A stretch of 64,000 bases of DNA from a virus, in the IMG/VR virus record IMGVR_UViG_3300006201_000015, positions 5,840 to 69,839 of that record, one strand, 5' to 3'. Under the pieces are notes generated by a model. It did no database searches and was not told the origin of the DNA. It saw only the letters and a program-made list of their open reading frames with translations. A program made the position numbers and the translations under genes. Below are positions 1 to 9,365 of this stretch, piece by piece. How positions within the stretch are numbered: the stretch's first letter is position 1; each line of letters starts with the position of its first letter.

Positions 1-135
1 GTGCTTGCTATGGTTAAGGCTTCTGCCGATACCATCAAGTACGAAATCGACATGGACGAAATCTCTGCGCTGATTGATAGCCTGTGCGATATGAGCAAGG
101 TGGTCAACAACAGTGCGGAGGTGAAAACAAAATGA
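1..135 (+). CDS. hypothetical protein, C-terminal fragment (5' end lies outside window)
   Basis: Open frame from position 1 to a TGA at 133-135; overlaps next start (ATGA). Confidence 0.3.
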   Translation: MLAMVKASADTIKYEIDMDEISALIDSLCDMSKVVNNSAEVKTK

Positions 136-575
136 CTCTAAAAGACATTTTCCTAAGTGGTAGCGGCGCTCTGGTTGTCATTCTGATGCTGATTCAGATT
201 ACGCCAATTAAGGTTGATCCGTTTGGCGCTCTTGCTCGGTGGATTGGTCGTGCGCTGAATGGTGATGTGCTGAAGAAGCTGGACAAGATGGAGAGTGCTC
301 AGGCAGAAACACGAGAGCGGCTGGATGAGCATATCCGCATTGACAATGAACGCAATGCGGATACCCATAGAGTGCAGATTCTTCGGTTTAATCGGGAGTT
401 GTTGCAGGAGGCTCCGCATACCCAGGAGGATTTTATCGAAGCTCTGTCAGAGATTGACTTTTATGAGCACTATTGTAAGAGCCACCCTGAGTATGAAAAT
501 AACCGAGCGGTGCTGGCGATTGAGAATATCAAGCGTGCCTATATGGAGTGGCTGGAGAAGCACGAGGGAACGTAA
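132..575 (+). CDS. putative small membrane protein (N-terminal TM helix, charged helical tail); possibly holin-like
   Basis: ATG at 132 (ORF track frame 84..575). N-terminal hydrophobic segment SGSGALVVILMLIQITPI followed by a charged coiled region. It is the last gene of a plus-strand operon ahead of a terminator. Confidence 0.3.
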   Translation: MTLKDIFLSGSGALVVILMLIQITPIKVDPFGALARWIGRALNGDVLKKLDKMESAQAETRERLDEHIRIDNERNADTHRVQILRFNRELLQEAPHTQEDFIEALSEIDFYEHYCKSHPEYENNRAVLAIENIKRAYMEWLEKHEGT

Positions 576-760
576 GCAGAGGGTAGCCCGGATTTGAGCT
601 TCAGGCTACCCAAGAAACATGAGATGTAAAGAATAGTATAGTAATACTACAGATTTGGAGCTGATCGAATATCGGTTCTTTTGCCGGGGAGTTGGCTTTT
701 TATGCCAGCTTCCTATTTTTTTGCATTTGTGGTATTTTGAGAAATTCTGGGAATAAGCCG

Positions 761-799
761 GGGCGTAGGTATCAATCACGATACTCACGCCCTTTTTTT
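761..799 (+). terminator. rho-independent terminator
   Basis: Imperfect inverted repeat gggcgtaggtatc..gatactcacgccc followed by a T7 run. Confidence 0.5.
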
Positions 800-1007
800 G
801 TCCCGCAAGAAATTTGAAACCCACATCGAGCTTTTCTTCAAATGGTGTAAACTTGGTGTAAATCTGAAATGGTACTCCCGGCATACCAGAACATTTTACA
901 CAAGATATGGTATGTTTTGACGATTGGCGCACTGTATTTTGCGCTTTTCTGGTGTTGCTGAGAAAATCCTTGTTATATCCACAGGATAAAAATTTTATGG
1001 TGCATAT

Positions 1008-1084
1008 CTTCTCATAAGTTCTTAGAACGGCTCTGTTCAAGCAATTCTTCCGAATTATCTCACGCAATTTCTCATAACTTCTTA
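1008..1084. repeat. two 17-bp direct repeats (ctcataagttcttagaa / ctcataacttcttagaa) ~60 bp apart, adjacent to the integrase stop
   Basis: Seen directly. Their position next to int suggests arm-type or core att repeats. Confidence 0.35.
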
Positions 1085-1123
1085 GAAAAACTGCGTGAGA
1101 TGGTGTAGGTTTTGGTGTACGAC

Positions 1124-2476
1124 TCAGCCAATCTTAATCTTCCCCTCCAGGTTCCCAAAGCTGGCCTTTTTCTTCTCCATCGTGGCTTCATTATAGATAT
1201 CCATGGTGGTAGAAATATTGGCGTGCCCCATGATTTCCTGGATGATTTTCAAGTTGGTTTCGTTCTCACAGAAGCGGGTGCAGAAGGTGTGCCTCAAATT
1301 ATGGACGGAGAAGTGCGGGAGCAAGATCGGCTCCCGCCGCTGCTTTTTAGCGGCAGCAGTTTCCTCAGCATTGCAGTCACGGATGATGTGCTTGATGATC
1401 TGGTTGATAGATGTACTCGTGTAGAGATTACCTTTCTTCGTTTGGAAGATAAAGCCAGTGTAGCCGTCTACTTCATTTCGAGTAAAGCCCTCTGCCATCT
1501 GGCGAAGCCGCTCATTTAGCAGAGCAGATTTGACTTCACGGAGCATGGGAATTACCCTTGTACCAGCTTCGGTCTTGGGTGTAGACACGAGGAACCTCAT
1601 CCTCTCTTCATTCTCAGGCCTACAAAAAGCCATGTTGTGGTTGATCGAGATAAGGTTTTCTTCAAAGTCACAGTCGTCCCAGCGCAGGCCAATAACCTCA
1701 CCCACACGACAGCCAGTACCCAGGAATACAGTAAACAGGTTGAGGAAACCAGCATACTTCGGAGAGCTACGAATGAAATCAACGAACATCTGTTGCTGAA
1801 CTTCGGTCAGAGCGTGACGCTTATCCTGTCCCCAGCCGTTCTGCTTTTTCAACTCGGCATATACCTGATAGGCGGGATTTGCTCGGATGTAACCGTCACG
1901 TACAGCCAATGTGAAGATAGGATGGAGGACGGTATTGACAGCATGAACGGTATTGGGCTTAAATCCTTTCTCATAGAACAGGGAGAGATAGAACTGCTTG
2001 ACATCACTGTACTTGATAGAGCTGATACTTCGACTTCCCAGCTCGTCCTTGATGTAGTTATTGTACACTTGGATATAGCCAGAGCGGGTAGTAGGCTTCA
2101 GCTCTTTCTTCATTGCCATGTACTTCCGAAAGAAGTCGTCCAGAGTTTTCTTACTGGCTACAAAACTTTCAATACCGTCATCGGTATCACGAGTCAACTG
2201 CTTTTCCAGATCGCGTAAAGGCGCACCAGCCTTTTTGCCTACTGGCAACTTATCAGTATCTACCAGCCGCCAGCTGTAAATAGTCCGTCTCACCCCTCCT
2301 GCATCGTTATATCGGTACATATACATCCCATCGGATCGCTGGGATTCACCGACTTTGAGAAGCCGGCCTTTTGAGTCTCTTCTTTTCGAGGCCATTGCAA
2401 ACTCCTTTCTGCCTGAAGAAGAAACTCGATGTGGTACTTGCATTATACCACACCGAGTATCCAATCTCAAGCGCAA
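1124..2476 (-). CDS. int: tyrosine-type site-specific integrase
   Basis: 450 aa. Box II HNLRHTFCTRF (HxLRHT) and the C-terminal LGHANISTTMDIYN Tyr motif. N-terminal SAM-like/arm-binding region. Confidence 0.85.
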   Translation of the reverse strand: MRLRLDTRCGIMQVPHRVSSSGRKEFAMASKRRDSKGRLLKVGESQRSDGMYMYRYNDAGGVRRTIYSWRLVDTDKLPVGKKAGAPLRDLEKQLTRDTDDGIESFVASKKTLDDFFRKYMAMKKELKPTTRSGYIQVYNNYIKDELGSRSISSIKYSDVKQFYLSLFYEKGFKPNTVHAVNTVLHPIFTLAVRDGYIRANPAYQVYAELKKQNGWGQDKRHALTEVQQQMFVDFIRSSPKYAGFLNLFTVFLGTGCRVGEVIGLRWDDCDFEENLISINHNMAFCRPENEERMRFLVSTPKTEAGTRVIPMLREVKSALLNERLRQMAEGFTRNEVDGYTGFIFQTKKGNLYTSTSINQIIKHIIRDCNAEETAAAKKQRREPILLPHFSVHNLRHTFCTRFCENETNLKIIQEIMGHANISTTMDIYNEATMEKKKASFGNLEGKIKIG

Positions 2477-2683
2477 TCAAATCAGACTGATTCGGTCAAT
2501 GTAGCTTTCAAATTTCTTGCGTTTTATCTGTGCTCTGGTATTATTCCAGAGGATGAAGTCAGCGTCGGGATTTTCGCTGATTAACTTCCGCAGCTTGTTT
2601 TCTCCCACTCTGAAATATGCTGCGGCCTCTTCTATGGAGAGCGTGTATCGCTCCCAGAATGGGATTTCAAGAGTCATGGGCAC
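2477..2683 (-). CDS. xis: excisionase-family HTH DNA-binding protein
   Basis: 68 aa. SIEEAAAYFRVGENKLRKLI helix-turn-helix typical of the Xis/HTH_17 family. Immediately upstream of int. Confidence 0.6.
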   Translation of the reverse strand: MPMTLEIPFWERYTLSIEEAAAYFRVGENKLRKLISENPDADFILWNNTRAQIKRKKFESYIDRISLI

Positions 2684-2700
2684 TCACCTCTTGTTTCGTT

Positions 2701-2719
2701 GATTTTGTTCGTTGTTATA
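2701..2719 (-). promoter_or_regulatory. conserved leader motif copy 1 (coding-strand TAAYAACGAAYAAAATCAA + SD)
   Basis: gattttgttcgttgttata on plus, directly upstream of the xis start. Confidence 0.5.
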
Positions 2720-2724
2720 GAAAA

Positions 2725-3087
2725 TTAGCAGAACCGCCTTTTGTTGCGGTAGTCGGAATACTTTTTTGCGAAGCCTAATTCAAACTGTCGGATTGCGCCC
2801 TTGAACCAGAAGCACCTATACCACGGAAGCCCATCGGCCTCGTTATCTGAAAAGTCATAGTCAGCTGTGCCGTCTGACCACATAAAGTGCATCATTTGAA
2901 AGTGCTTGTTCTCTGTGATCCGTGGCTTGCAGAAGTAGATCTTTACCAGTGGATTATGGAACTTGGCTTTCAGCGCTTCTATGAAGCAGTTGGAGTGATA
3001 CCACTCAGTTATGAATCTGTCTTTCATGGGCTGGATTCCTTTATTGTCACTCTGAGTTCCACGGTGCGTCCATCTTTCAGCGTCCAT
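2725..3087 (-). CDS. hypothetical protein
   Basis: 120-aa ORF. No recognisable motif. Confidence 0.3.
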   Translation of the reverse strand: MDAERWTHRGTQSDNKGIQPMKDRFITEWYHSNCFIEALKAKFHNPLVKIYFCKPRITENKHFQMMHFMWSDGTADYDFSDNEADGLPWYRCFWFKGAIRQFELGFAKKYSDYRNKRRFC

Positions 3088-3308
3088 TCATAGCCACTCG
3101 AAGTAGCCTTGTGGCAATCAATGCCACCAAGAAGCTCTTGCACCATATAATCCCTAACAGCGCACAACGCTTCATCTGTACACTCTGTTTTGTTCTGCCA
3201 CAAATTTTTGTTTCTGCTGTTCAGCGTACCTGCATAGATTGCAAATGCACCGCAGCCAACATGATATTCTGCCATAACATCACCACCTATTTTTATCTGC
3301 GATACCAT
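3024..3308 (-). CDS. hypothetical protein
   Basis: 94-aa ORF in the minus-strand gene series. Confidence 0.3.
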   Translation of the reverse strand: MVSQIKIGGDVMAEYHVGCGAFAIYAGTLNSRNKNLWQNKTECTDEALCAVRDYMVQELLGGIDCHKATSSGYEWTLKDGRTVELRVTIKESSP

Positions 3309-3508
3309 TCAAGCTGCTTGTGATCAACCCTGGCTACATTTTCGGCATGGCAAAATAATACTACCGCCCTATCTTCGTCATCTCGGACATAAACGCATCT
3401 TGTTTTATGCCCATCAAGCGGAGAACGATAAAGTAGCAGTGCTCCAAAATACAGCCCTTGCAATATATTCGTCACCACCAAAATTCTATTTGCTATACAC
3501 TGCTTCAT
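3293..3508 (-). CDS. hypothetical protein
   Basis: 71-aa ORF, tightly packed with its neighbours. Confidence 0.25.
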   Translation of the reverse strand: MKQCIANRILVVTNILQGLYFGALLLYRSPLDGHKTRCVYVRDDEDRAVVLFCHAENVARVDHKQLEWYRR

Positions 3509-3894
3509 AATGGAACCCGTATTGGATTGGTTAGTATTGATTCTGCCTCTTCACCTGGCGGAATTAACCTGGCACTTATAATCTTCATCCAGTCACCCAT
3601 TACAGCTTTGAAATTCCGCTTGGCCTCGTTCATTGTTTTAGCCAGCCTGTAATAGGTGCATGGTGGAATTGTTTTTGCATAAGTAGCACAGATTTCAAAG
3701 AGGTAAAAACCATGAGCTGGGATACAACGAGCAATACTCATAATTCCTCTGTCGTCTGTCTTATAAATTACCTCACAATTTCCACAAAACACTTTTGCAG
3801 ATTGCCCCAGAGGTAGCACAGTGGTTTCTGTTGTATTGTCAAGATAGTTTCTAAAATTCTTATAAGATTCAAAACTGAGCATACCTGCCATCAA
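3505..3894 (-). CDS. hypothetical Cys-rich protein
   Basis: 129 aa, several Cys (CGNC..C). Confidence 0.3.
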   Translation of the reverse strand: MMAGMLSFESYKNFRNYLDNTTETTVLPLGQSAKVFCGNCEVIYKTDDRGIMSIARCIPAHGFYLFEICATYAKTIPPCTYYRLAKTMNEAKRNFKAVMGDWMKIISARLIPPGEEAESILTNPIRVPL

Positions 3895-3907
3895 CTCCGC
3901 AAAAACT

Positions 3908-4288
3908 TTATTTTATTCCATGCCCATTGGCAAGAGCTGACTCTGCCATTTCTTTGCTGATAAAGAAGCAGTCTCCGATTGCGTCACCAACAAACTCATC
4001 AAAGTTTCCAGTTTCTTTGAAGTCTACCGAGAAGCTGTCAATGCGGCCATCTTTGAACTGAATGGAAAAGACTTCTCTTTCCTCAATCTCTCCAGATTCA
4101 AAGTCCACATACCATATTGCGTCGCCTTTTCTAATAGCCTTGGAGCAGTTTTCAAGGTTAGCTCTTTCTCTTAGCAGCGTCATAGCCATTTGCAATGCTT
4201 CTGTAATCAGAACTGCATGAGGATACTCATTCTTATAATGAATTTGGATGTGTTCTTCAATCCTGTTTGCTGCTTCTCTATAGGTCAC
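3908..4288 (-). CDS. hypothetical protein
   Basis: 126-aa ORF. Confidence 0.3.
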   Translation of the reverse strand: MTYREAANRIEEHIQIHYKNEYPHAVLITEALQMAMTLLRERANLENCSKAIRKGDAIWYVDFESGEIEEREVFSIQFKDGRIDSFSVDFKETGNFDEFVGDAIGDCFFISKEMAESALANGHGIK

Positions 4289-4303
4289 AAAATCACCACC
4301 AAA

Positions 4304-4891
4304 CTAATCTTTTATGTTACTCTTTCTGGTGCTTTTGAATATGAAAATGTAGAAGATATTATCAATCGCATTTCCAAAAGTCGCAATACACAGTATGACT
4401 CCAAAGTTCAAATTCAACGACATTGCAATAAGAGAGCCAATGATTGTTGCAATGGCAGACGCTGAATTGTTGTTGTTGTCGAAGTGCTCTCTTAATTCCT
4501 CTGTCTTATACCGAATCGCTCGGAGTTTTACACCACCACAACATATATTTCTTGTAACAATCGCAAAAATCAGAGTATCAATTACGTAGTAGGCGGCGAT
4601 ATTTTGTGCGCATATAGCAAAAACCGTACTACAGATACCGAGCAAAGTTTCTAATACACATAACGCAGGATAATACTTGAAGAGCTTGTTTGACCACTTA
4701 TTCCACACGCTCCCAAAGAATACAATGCTAAGGCAGTTGATTATCTGATTTACCGCAATAAGCGAGTCAGAAGCAACCATCATGATTTGCTTGTGAATGT
4801 ACGGATATGTGGCTGAGTAGAACAGGGTTGTCAAAAATGTAGCCGCCAACATACCGTCAATTCTCCTGATTTTCGTTTGTATCACCACCAA
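4304..4891 (-). CDS. multi-pass membrane protein
   Basis: 195 aa with about 5 hydrophobic helices. Confidence 0.4.
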   Translation of the reverse strand: MVVIQTKIRRIDGMLAATFLTTLFYSATYPYIHKQIMMVASDSLIAVNQIINCLSIVFFGSVWNKWSNKLFKYYPALCVLETLLGICSTVFAICAQNIAAYYVIDTLIFAIVTRNICCGGVKLRAIRYKTEELREHFDNNNNSASAIATIIGSLIAMSLNLNFGVILCIATFGNAIDNIFYIFIFKSTRKSNIKD

Positions 4892-4908
4892 ATTATTCTT
4901 TTACAACC

Positions 4909-5127
4909 TCAATCGTAGTCATCGTCAAAAGTGCAACAAACAACCCGCTCCATTCCGCAACGACGACAGCGGGCGATATCCCAGTCTCCGCCATCACAAT
5001 AAATAATGAAGCTGAAATCATGATTGCACTGAGTTGGCTTGTTGGGATATGCTGGCAAAGGAGGATATTTCAAACGCCCTTGCTTCAGTGCGGCTTCATA
5101 CTCCAGCTTGCTATCCATTATCGACAT
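4909..5127 (-). CDS. small Cys-rich (zinc-ribbon-like) protein
   Basis: 72 aa; C..C....C..C pattern (CRRCGMERVVCC). Confidence 0.3.
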   Translation of the reverse strand: MSIMDSKLEYEAALKQGRLKYPPLPAYPNKPTQCNHDFSFIIYCDGGDWDIARCRRCGMERVVCCTFDDDYD

Positions 5128-5147
5128 CTATAAATACCTCCACCAAA

Positions 5148-5567
5148 TTAACCTTTCATATACTCTGATACCATTTTTCGGACAATAACCTCTGCTGTGT
5201 TTTCGTTGTGCTCCGCATCCCGCCATTTCTTACCTTCTATGATAGCCAGAGCTTCTGCCCAACTCAGACCGCCCCTCTTTGCTAACTGGTTAAGAGATTG
5301 CATATGATTTTCCCATGCCTGCCCCTCATGAATCATAAGTAGTCCGCAAGGAATATACTGTTGCGGTCTACTTCCAAGAATGGGATATGGGGCATACCGT
5401 TCATCATCCTTGGTCATGTCAATTTGGTTAATCAAATCCTCCAAATCAACATCGCTGATAGCCGGAGTCCGATTCTTTTGCGGAACATCCCTGACCGCTT
5501 TGAGAAATTCAATAACTTTCATAAAATCAACCTTCCGATGTACTCCAGCAATCGGAGTAGTCCGCAC
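5148..5567 (-). CDS. hypothetical protein
   Basis: 139-aa ORF. Confidence 0.3.
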   Translation of the reverse strand: MRTTPIAGVHRKVDFMKVIEFLKAVRDVPQKNRTPAISDVDLEDLINQIDMTKDDERYAPYPILGSRPQQYIPCGLLMIHEGQAWENHMQSLNQLAKRGGLSWAEALAIIEGKKWRDAEHNENTAEVIVRKMVSEYMKG

Positions 5568-5709
5568 ATTCTTTTATATCTTCGTCAAAGCCATCACAGG
5601 CACCACCAAGAAATAAATTACAATCATAACAGGTTCTCTCCCTCCGCTCAATCGACGGAGGATTCCGCTCCATATGCTTGTTGTTATCATTCATAATGAA
5701 ACCCTCATT

Positions 5710-6102
5710 TCATACAGTCTTTCTTTGAAGTAAAAATTCATAATAGGCGTTGGTGCTTTCCGGCTTCTGATCAGCTTCGATAAACTCAGAGATAATCTTG
5801 TCTTCTATCTCACCATCAAATATATCTGAGTCATGCCATGGAAGTGATTTGTAATAGTCAAGCAGCCATGCCATATCCAGCTTTTCACTGGTCATTTTCA
5901 GAGCTTCCATCCATCCAGTTGTACCACCAATATAGGATATACCATAAACCCCAGACTCGTCTTTGTCGAAAATCATACGTCCAAAAACGCTGCATAGTTC
6001 TCCAGCGAGTGCGCTATAAAAATGCTGTGGTATCTTGCTCTTTATTTCATCGGGGATCTGGTACTCAACATGAACATCATTTCCATTATCAACGATGGAC
6101 AT
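5710..6102 (-). CDS. hypothetical protein
   Basis: 130-aa ORF. Confidence 0.3.
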   Translation of the reverse strand: MSIVDNGNDVHVEYQIPDEIKSKIPQHFYSALAGELCSVFGRMIFDKDESGVYGISYIGGTTGWMEALKMTSEKLDMAWLLDYYKSLPWHDSDIFDGEIEDKIISEFIEADQKPESTNAYYEFLLQRKTV

Positions 6103-6621
6103 TTATACACCTCCGTTCTGTTGCATCAACGTAACATATAATTCCCACTGTGGAGCAAACTTCCCAAATAGGCGCACCTCAGTTTCAAGGCGGGCCAGAA
6201 TTGCGTCATCCCTGTTTTGAAAACGGCCAATAAATATCCGTTTGTGGTCACACATGATTGTTGCTACCCAACGCTCCCGTCTTTTGTCAAAGGTAACACC
6301 AGTCACGCCAGAGGTGTTGGTAGAGTACCGGCCTCGATTCCTATTGTTTTGGGAGCAGTTGCAGCACCGCAGATTTTGCTTTCTGTTGTTTGCCCGATTT
6401 TTGTCTTTGTGGTCTACCCATTGACCAGGCTTGGCGTGAGCAACCACCCTGTGAAACCTGACAATCCGTAGTTGCCCCAGATAGTAGTAGCTGCTTGTAA
6501 GGTATCCGTCTTTATCCGCATACCAGTTGCGACTTTGGATTAGCACAAGGTCTTCCAAATCGAAATAGAAAACCGCTGTGCCTATATGCAAAACGCCGTA
6601 TGTGTCGAACAGCTCTACCAT
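6103..6621 (-). CDS. HNH homing endonuclease with AP2 DNA-binding domain
   Basis: HNH motif H..H...DHKDKNRANNRKQNLR..C..C, followed by an AP2-like segment SGVTGVTFDKRRERWVATI...IGRFQNRDDA. Confidence 0.75.
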   Translation of the reverse strand: MVELFDTYGVLHIGTAVFYFDLEDLVLIQSRNWYADKDGYLTSSYYYLGQLRIVRFHRVVAHAKPGQWVDHKDKNRANNRKQNLRCCNCSQNNRNRGRYSTNTSGVTGVTFDKRRERWVATIMCDHKRIFIGRFQNRDDAILARLETEVRLFGKFAPQWELYVTLMQQNGGV

Positions 6622-6623
6622 CT

Positions 6624-6875
6624 TTATACCCTCTGTTCAGTGTGATCTGGTGGATTGGGGAGAGGCATCCAGTGCGTCACCCGCTTGGTCACTTTCTGTG
6701 TTGAGCGCATGGAAGTGAAGATGTACCACTCTTTGCGCTTTGCTCTGGGATAGCGTTCATTCATCGGATCTTTACGGTAATACCCGATGAAGATGTACCC
6801 GTCTATTGGAGTATAGCCTAAAACGACTTGATTGTCGATGGGTAGACGATCTTTTACGGAAATCCACTCGCTCAT
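6624..6875 (-). CDS. DUF551-family phage protein
   Basis: W..V.DRLP ... THWMPLPNPP signature. Paralogous to 17766..18104. Confidence 0.5.
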   Translation of the reverse strand: MSEWISVKDRLPIDNQVVLGYTPIDGYIFIGYYRKDPMNERYPRAKRKEWYIFTSMRSTQKVTKRVTHWMPLPNPPDHTEQRV

Positions 6876-6881
6876 TGATTG

Positions 6882-7730
6882 TCACCAATCCAATCTTACT
6901 TTCAATCCAGCTGCTGTCACTGCGTTCAATAGGAGCATAGCACGTGTCATTGGGCCGACACCACCAGGAACGGGTGTATATGCGGAGCTTCTTTCGTAAG
7001 CCTCTGGATTACAGTCTCCGCATAATTTTCCGTCTTTGTCACGGTTCATGCCAACATCAATGATGGTTGTGTTTGGCTTTATAAACTCCGGCTTAATGAG
7101 GTTTTTTCTTCCGGTAGCAGATATCAAAATGTCAGCTGATTTACAGATACCGCCAAGGTTTCTTGTATGCGAATGACAGATTGTAGTTGTGGCGTTATTC
7201 CAAAGTGCTATCGTAGCCATAGGTTTGCCAACAATGTCAGAACGACCCACTATAACGCAGTGTCTTCCTACGATTGGAATCTTGTAAAACCTCATCAGTT
7301 CAATAATGCCTCCAGGAGTGCAGGGAACGAATCGGAACTTGCCGTCTAACATTGCCATGGTATTAGCCTTGGTGAATCCATCAACATCCTTTTCTGGTTT
7401 GATTGCGGAGATAACGTGATCCTTGTTGATGTGCTTAGGAAGCGGGAGCTGAACCAAGATACCATGTACGCTGTCGTCATTAGACAACGAGCGGATTAGT
7501 TCAACCAGCTTTTCCTCGCTTGTGTCTTCAGGGAGCACATAGGTCACACTGTCGATACCGCACTGCTCACAGTCTTTTGCTTTGTTTCGGACATAAATTT
7601 TGGACGCTGGATCATGCCCGACCAAAACAACAGCAAGTCGCGGCTGTGTGCCAGACTCAGCAATCGCCTCTCTGACTTTGTGCTTGATAGCGGACGCGGC
7701 ATGGTTGCCGTCTAAAATGAGTGACATCAC
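6882..7730 (-). CDS. folD: bifunctional methylenetetrahydrofolate dehydrogenase/cyclohydrolase
   Basis: VLVGHDPASKIYVRNKAKDCEQCGI and PGGVGPMT motifs. 282 aa. Confidence 0.85.
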   Translation of the reverse strand: MMSLILDGNHAASAIKHKVREAIAESGTQPRLAVVLVGHDPASKIYVRNKAKDCEQCGIDSVTYVLPEDTSEEKLVELIRSLSNDDSVHGILVQLPLPKHINKDHVISAIKPEKDVDGFTKANTMAMLDGKFRFVPCTPGGIIELMRFYKIPIVGRHCVIVGRSDIVGKPMATIALWNNATTTICHSHTRNLGGICKSADILISATGRKNLIKPEFIKPNTTIIDVGMNRDKDGKLCGDCNPEAYERSSAYTPVPGGVGPMTRAMLLLNAVTAAGLKVRLDW

Positions 7731-8303
7731 ATTACCTCCTTGTCAGAAGCCTTTTTACATAGTGGCTTAATATAGTCTATAAAGATTTGAACGATTTTCT
7801 TTGCGTTTGCGGTAAAATCCATACAAATACAACCCCACAAGTCGCCGTCATCGCAATCCTCCATAGGTGTGCCTCTAAACGTATTTCGCAAGGCGAAAAT
7901 TACCTCTGGTGGTATGCTTTCCTCACAACAACTTTTAACCACACTTAGATCAATGGTTGGCTCATCATATTCATTCAGCTCTGAAGGATCGACGCCATAG
8001 TCACTTATGAGTTGCTTAACCGCTTTGAATGTCTCACCAGTGTTTAAGATTTTTTGCGTTGCGATTTTGTCAAGCAAGTACCCACTGTCTATTCGTGCTA
8101 TGAGGTGCATGAAGCTCTCACTATGAGGAGTAGGAACCCATCCATAAGCGTAGTTTCCACAGTCCGAAGTAATAGACAACTCATAACGATCAAGGTCGAA
8201 GTTAAAGATTGCCCAAAGGCAGGAGCCATAGTCTGGATCTCCTTTTTCTTGTTGGAAGTAAAGAGAGACTATGTTGGGCGTTCTGTTCTCTACTTTAGCC
8301 ATC
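7727..8303 (-). CDS. hypothetical protein
   Basis: ORF track gives 7727..8488. Start trimmed to an internal Met (MAKVEN) to avoid a ~190-nt overlap with the next gene. Confidence 0.3.
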
Positions 8304-8594
8304 CTGTGTTCCCTTCTTTGTCTTGGCATATCCAGTACCGTGGCAAACTGGGCAGGTGTTCCAGTCCTTTGGATCGTCGGGGTCGGGACGGTCATCTTCC
8401 GCACAGGCGCGACTGCGAAGGACTTTCCCTGTTCCTTCGCACCGTTCACAAGCGGTGTTGGCCTTTTTGAGAGCGGCCAAGCTGTCATTGTATGGTTTTA
8501 TCTTTTCCTCAAACTCCACTGTGAGCCGGTGGATCTGAGCTTCAACTTCGCGGATCGCGGGCACAAGATTTAGAGTTTCAGGTGCTTTTGCCAT
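8295..8594 (-). CDS. small protein with DnaJ-type CxxCxGxG zinc finger pair
   Basis: CERCEGTGKV ... CPVCHGTGY. Confidence 0.4.
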   Translation of the reverse strand: MAKAPETLNLVPAIREVEAQIHRLTVEFEEKIKPYNDSLAALKKANTACERCEGTGKVLRSRACAEDDRPDPDDPKDWNTCPVCHGTGYAKTKKGTQDG

Positions 8595-8892
8595 CGGTAG
8601 TATCCTCCTGTTCGTGGTGTGTAAAATTTACTGCTGGAATGAGGTGGAAGAACTCAGTATGGCTTCCTACATCGAAAATGGTCTTGCCATCAGAGTTCCA
8701 AACGCGGGTATAGTAGATTTTGAAGTTGCGTTCGGAACAGAAAGCGTTAATGAGTTTCCCAGCTTCGCTCATAATCTCTTGGTCGGTTTTGAGTCGGCCT
8801 GTATCGTGTAGGTCTTTGATAAAGGCAATCTTTTTCTTATTGCCACGGTTGCCTACAAAAATAAGAATGTGATTTTTCTCCACGTGCATCAC
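8578..8892 (-). CDS. hypothetical protein
   Basis: 104-aa ORF. Conserved leader motif immediately upstream. Confidence 0.3.
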   Translation of the reverse strand: MMHVEKNHILIFVGNRGNKKKIAFIKDLHDTGRLKTDQEIMSEAGKLINAFCSERNFKIYYTRVWNSDGKTIFDVGSHTEFFHLIPAVNFTHHEQEDTTDGKST

Positions 8893-8895
8893 CTT

Positions 8896-8914
8896 GATTT
8901 TGTTTGTTATTAAC
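8896..8914 (-). promoter_or_regulatory. conserved leader motif copy 2
   Basis: gattttgtttgttattaac, upstream of the 8578..8892 gene. Confidence 0.5.
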
Positions 8915-9346
8915 GAAAGATAACTACCATGCTGGGGAAAGGTGCGGAATTTTTACCATCTCCAAATTTCAACCGGCCACGGATAAAGCGGATTTCCACA
9001 TTGGGTTTCAAATAGATATAGTCGTGAAAATATGCCGTATCTGTTCTGGCAGGTATCAGCAGCACCACAGTGGTATTAGGCTGCTTGGCTTCCTCGAAGC
9101 ATTTCTTCACCCAGTCTTTGATAGCCTTGCCATACGGCGGGTTGCAGAAGACTGTCTGCCCCCCCACGACTGTTTCAGTCCATCGTCCGTCTCTGTAAAG
9201 TAGTGGGCGCATTTGTGGTTGGACTGATTGGCGCAGGGGTCAAGGGTGAAGTGAAACTCCGAATCCAGCTGGTTAAAGAAATCTTGTGGCGTCGCCCAGT
9301 CCATAGCTTTGGACGAGAACATAACCTCTGTATTCATTTGCTTCAC
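8910..9346 (-). pseudogene. Dam-like N6-adenine DNA methyltransferase, split by a frameshift at a C7 tract (9159-9165)
   Basis: N-terminal frame carries DPCANQSNH, C-terminal frame carries VFCNPPYGKAIKDW (NPPY motif IV). One extra C (8 instead of 7) rejoins the frames as ...KQSWGGQTVFCNPPYG. Confidence 0.6.
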
Positions 9347-9365
9347 CTCTTGTGATTTTTTTGTT

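Noticed and set aside
84-131. N-terminal extension of the first plus-strand gene from the GTG at 84
   Set aside because: The ATG at 132 overlaps the upstream stop (ATGA) and directly precedes the TM helix. The extension is Gln/Gly-rich and low-complexity.
2683-2720. Leader motif as a simple extended Shine-Dalgarno site
   Set aside because: In two copies (36099 and 15296) it is uncoupled from any SD, and in one (49851) a G-run replaces the SD. The conserved part is therefore an independent element.
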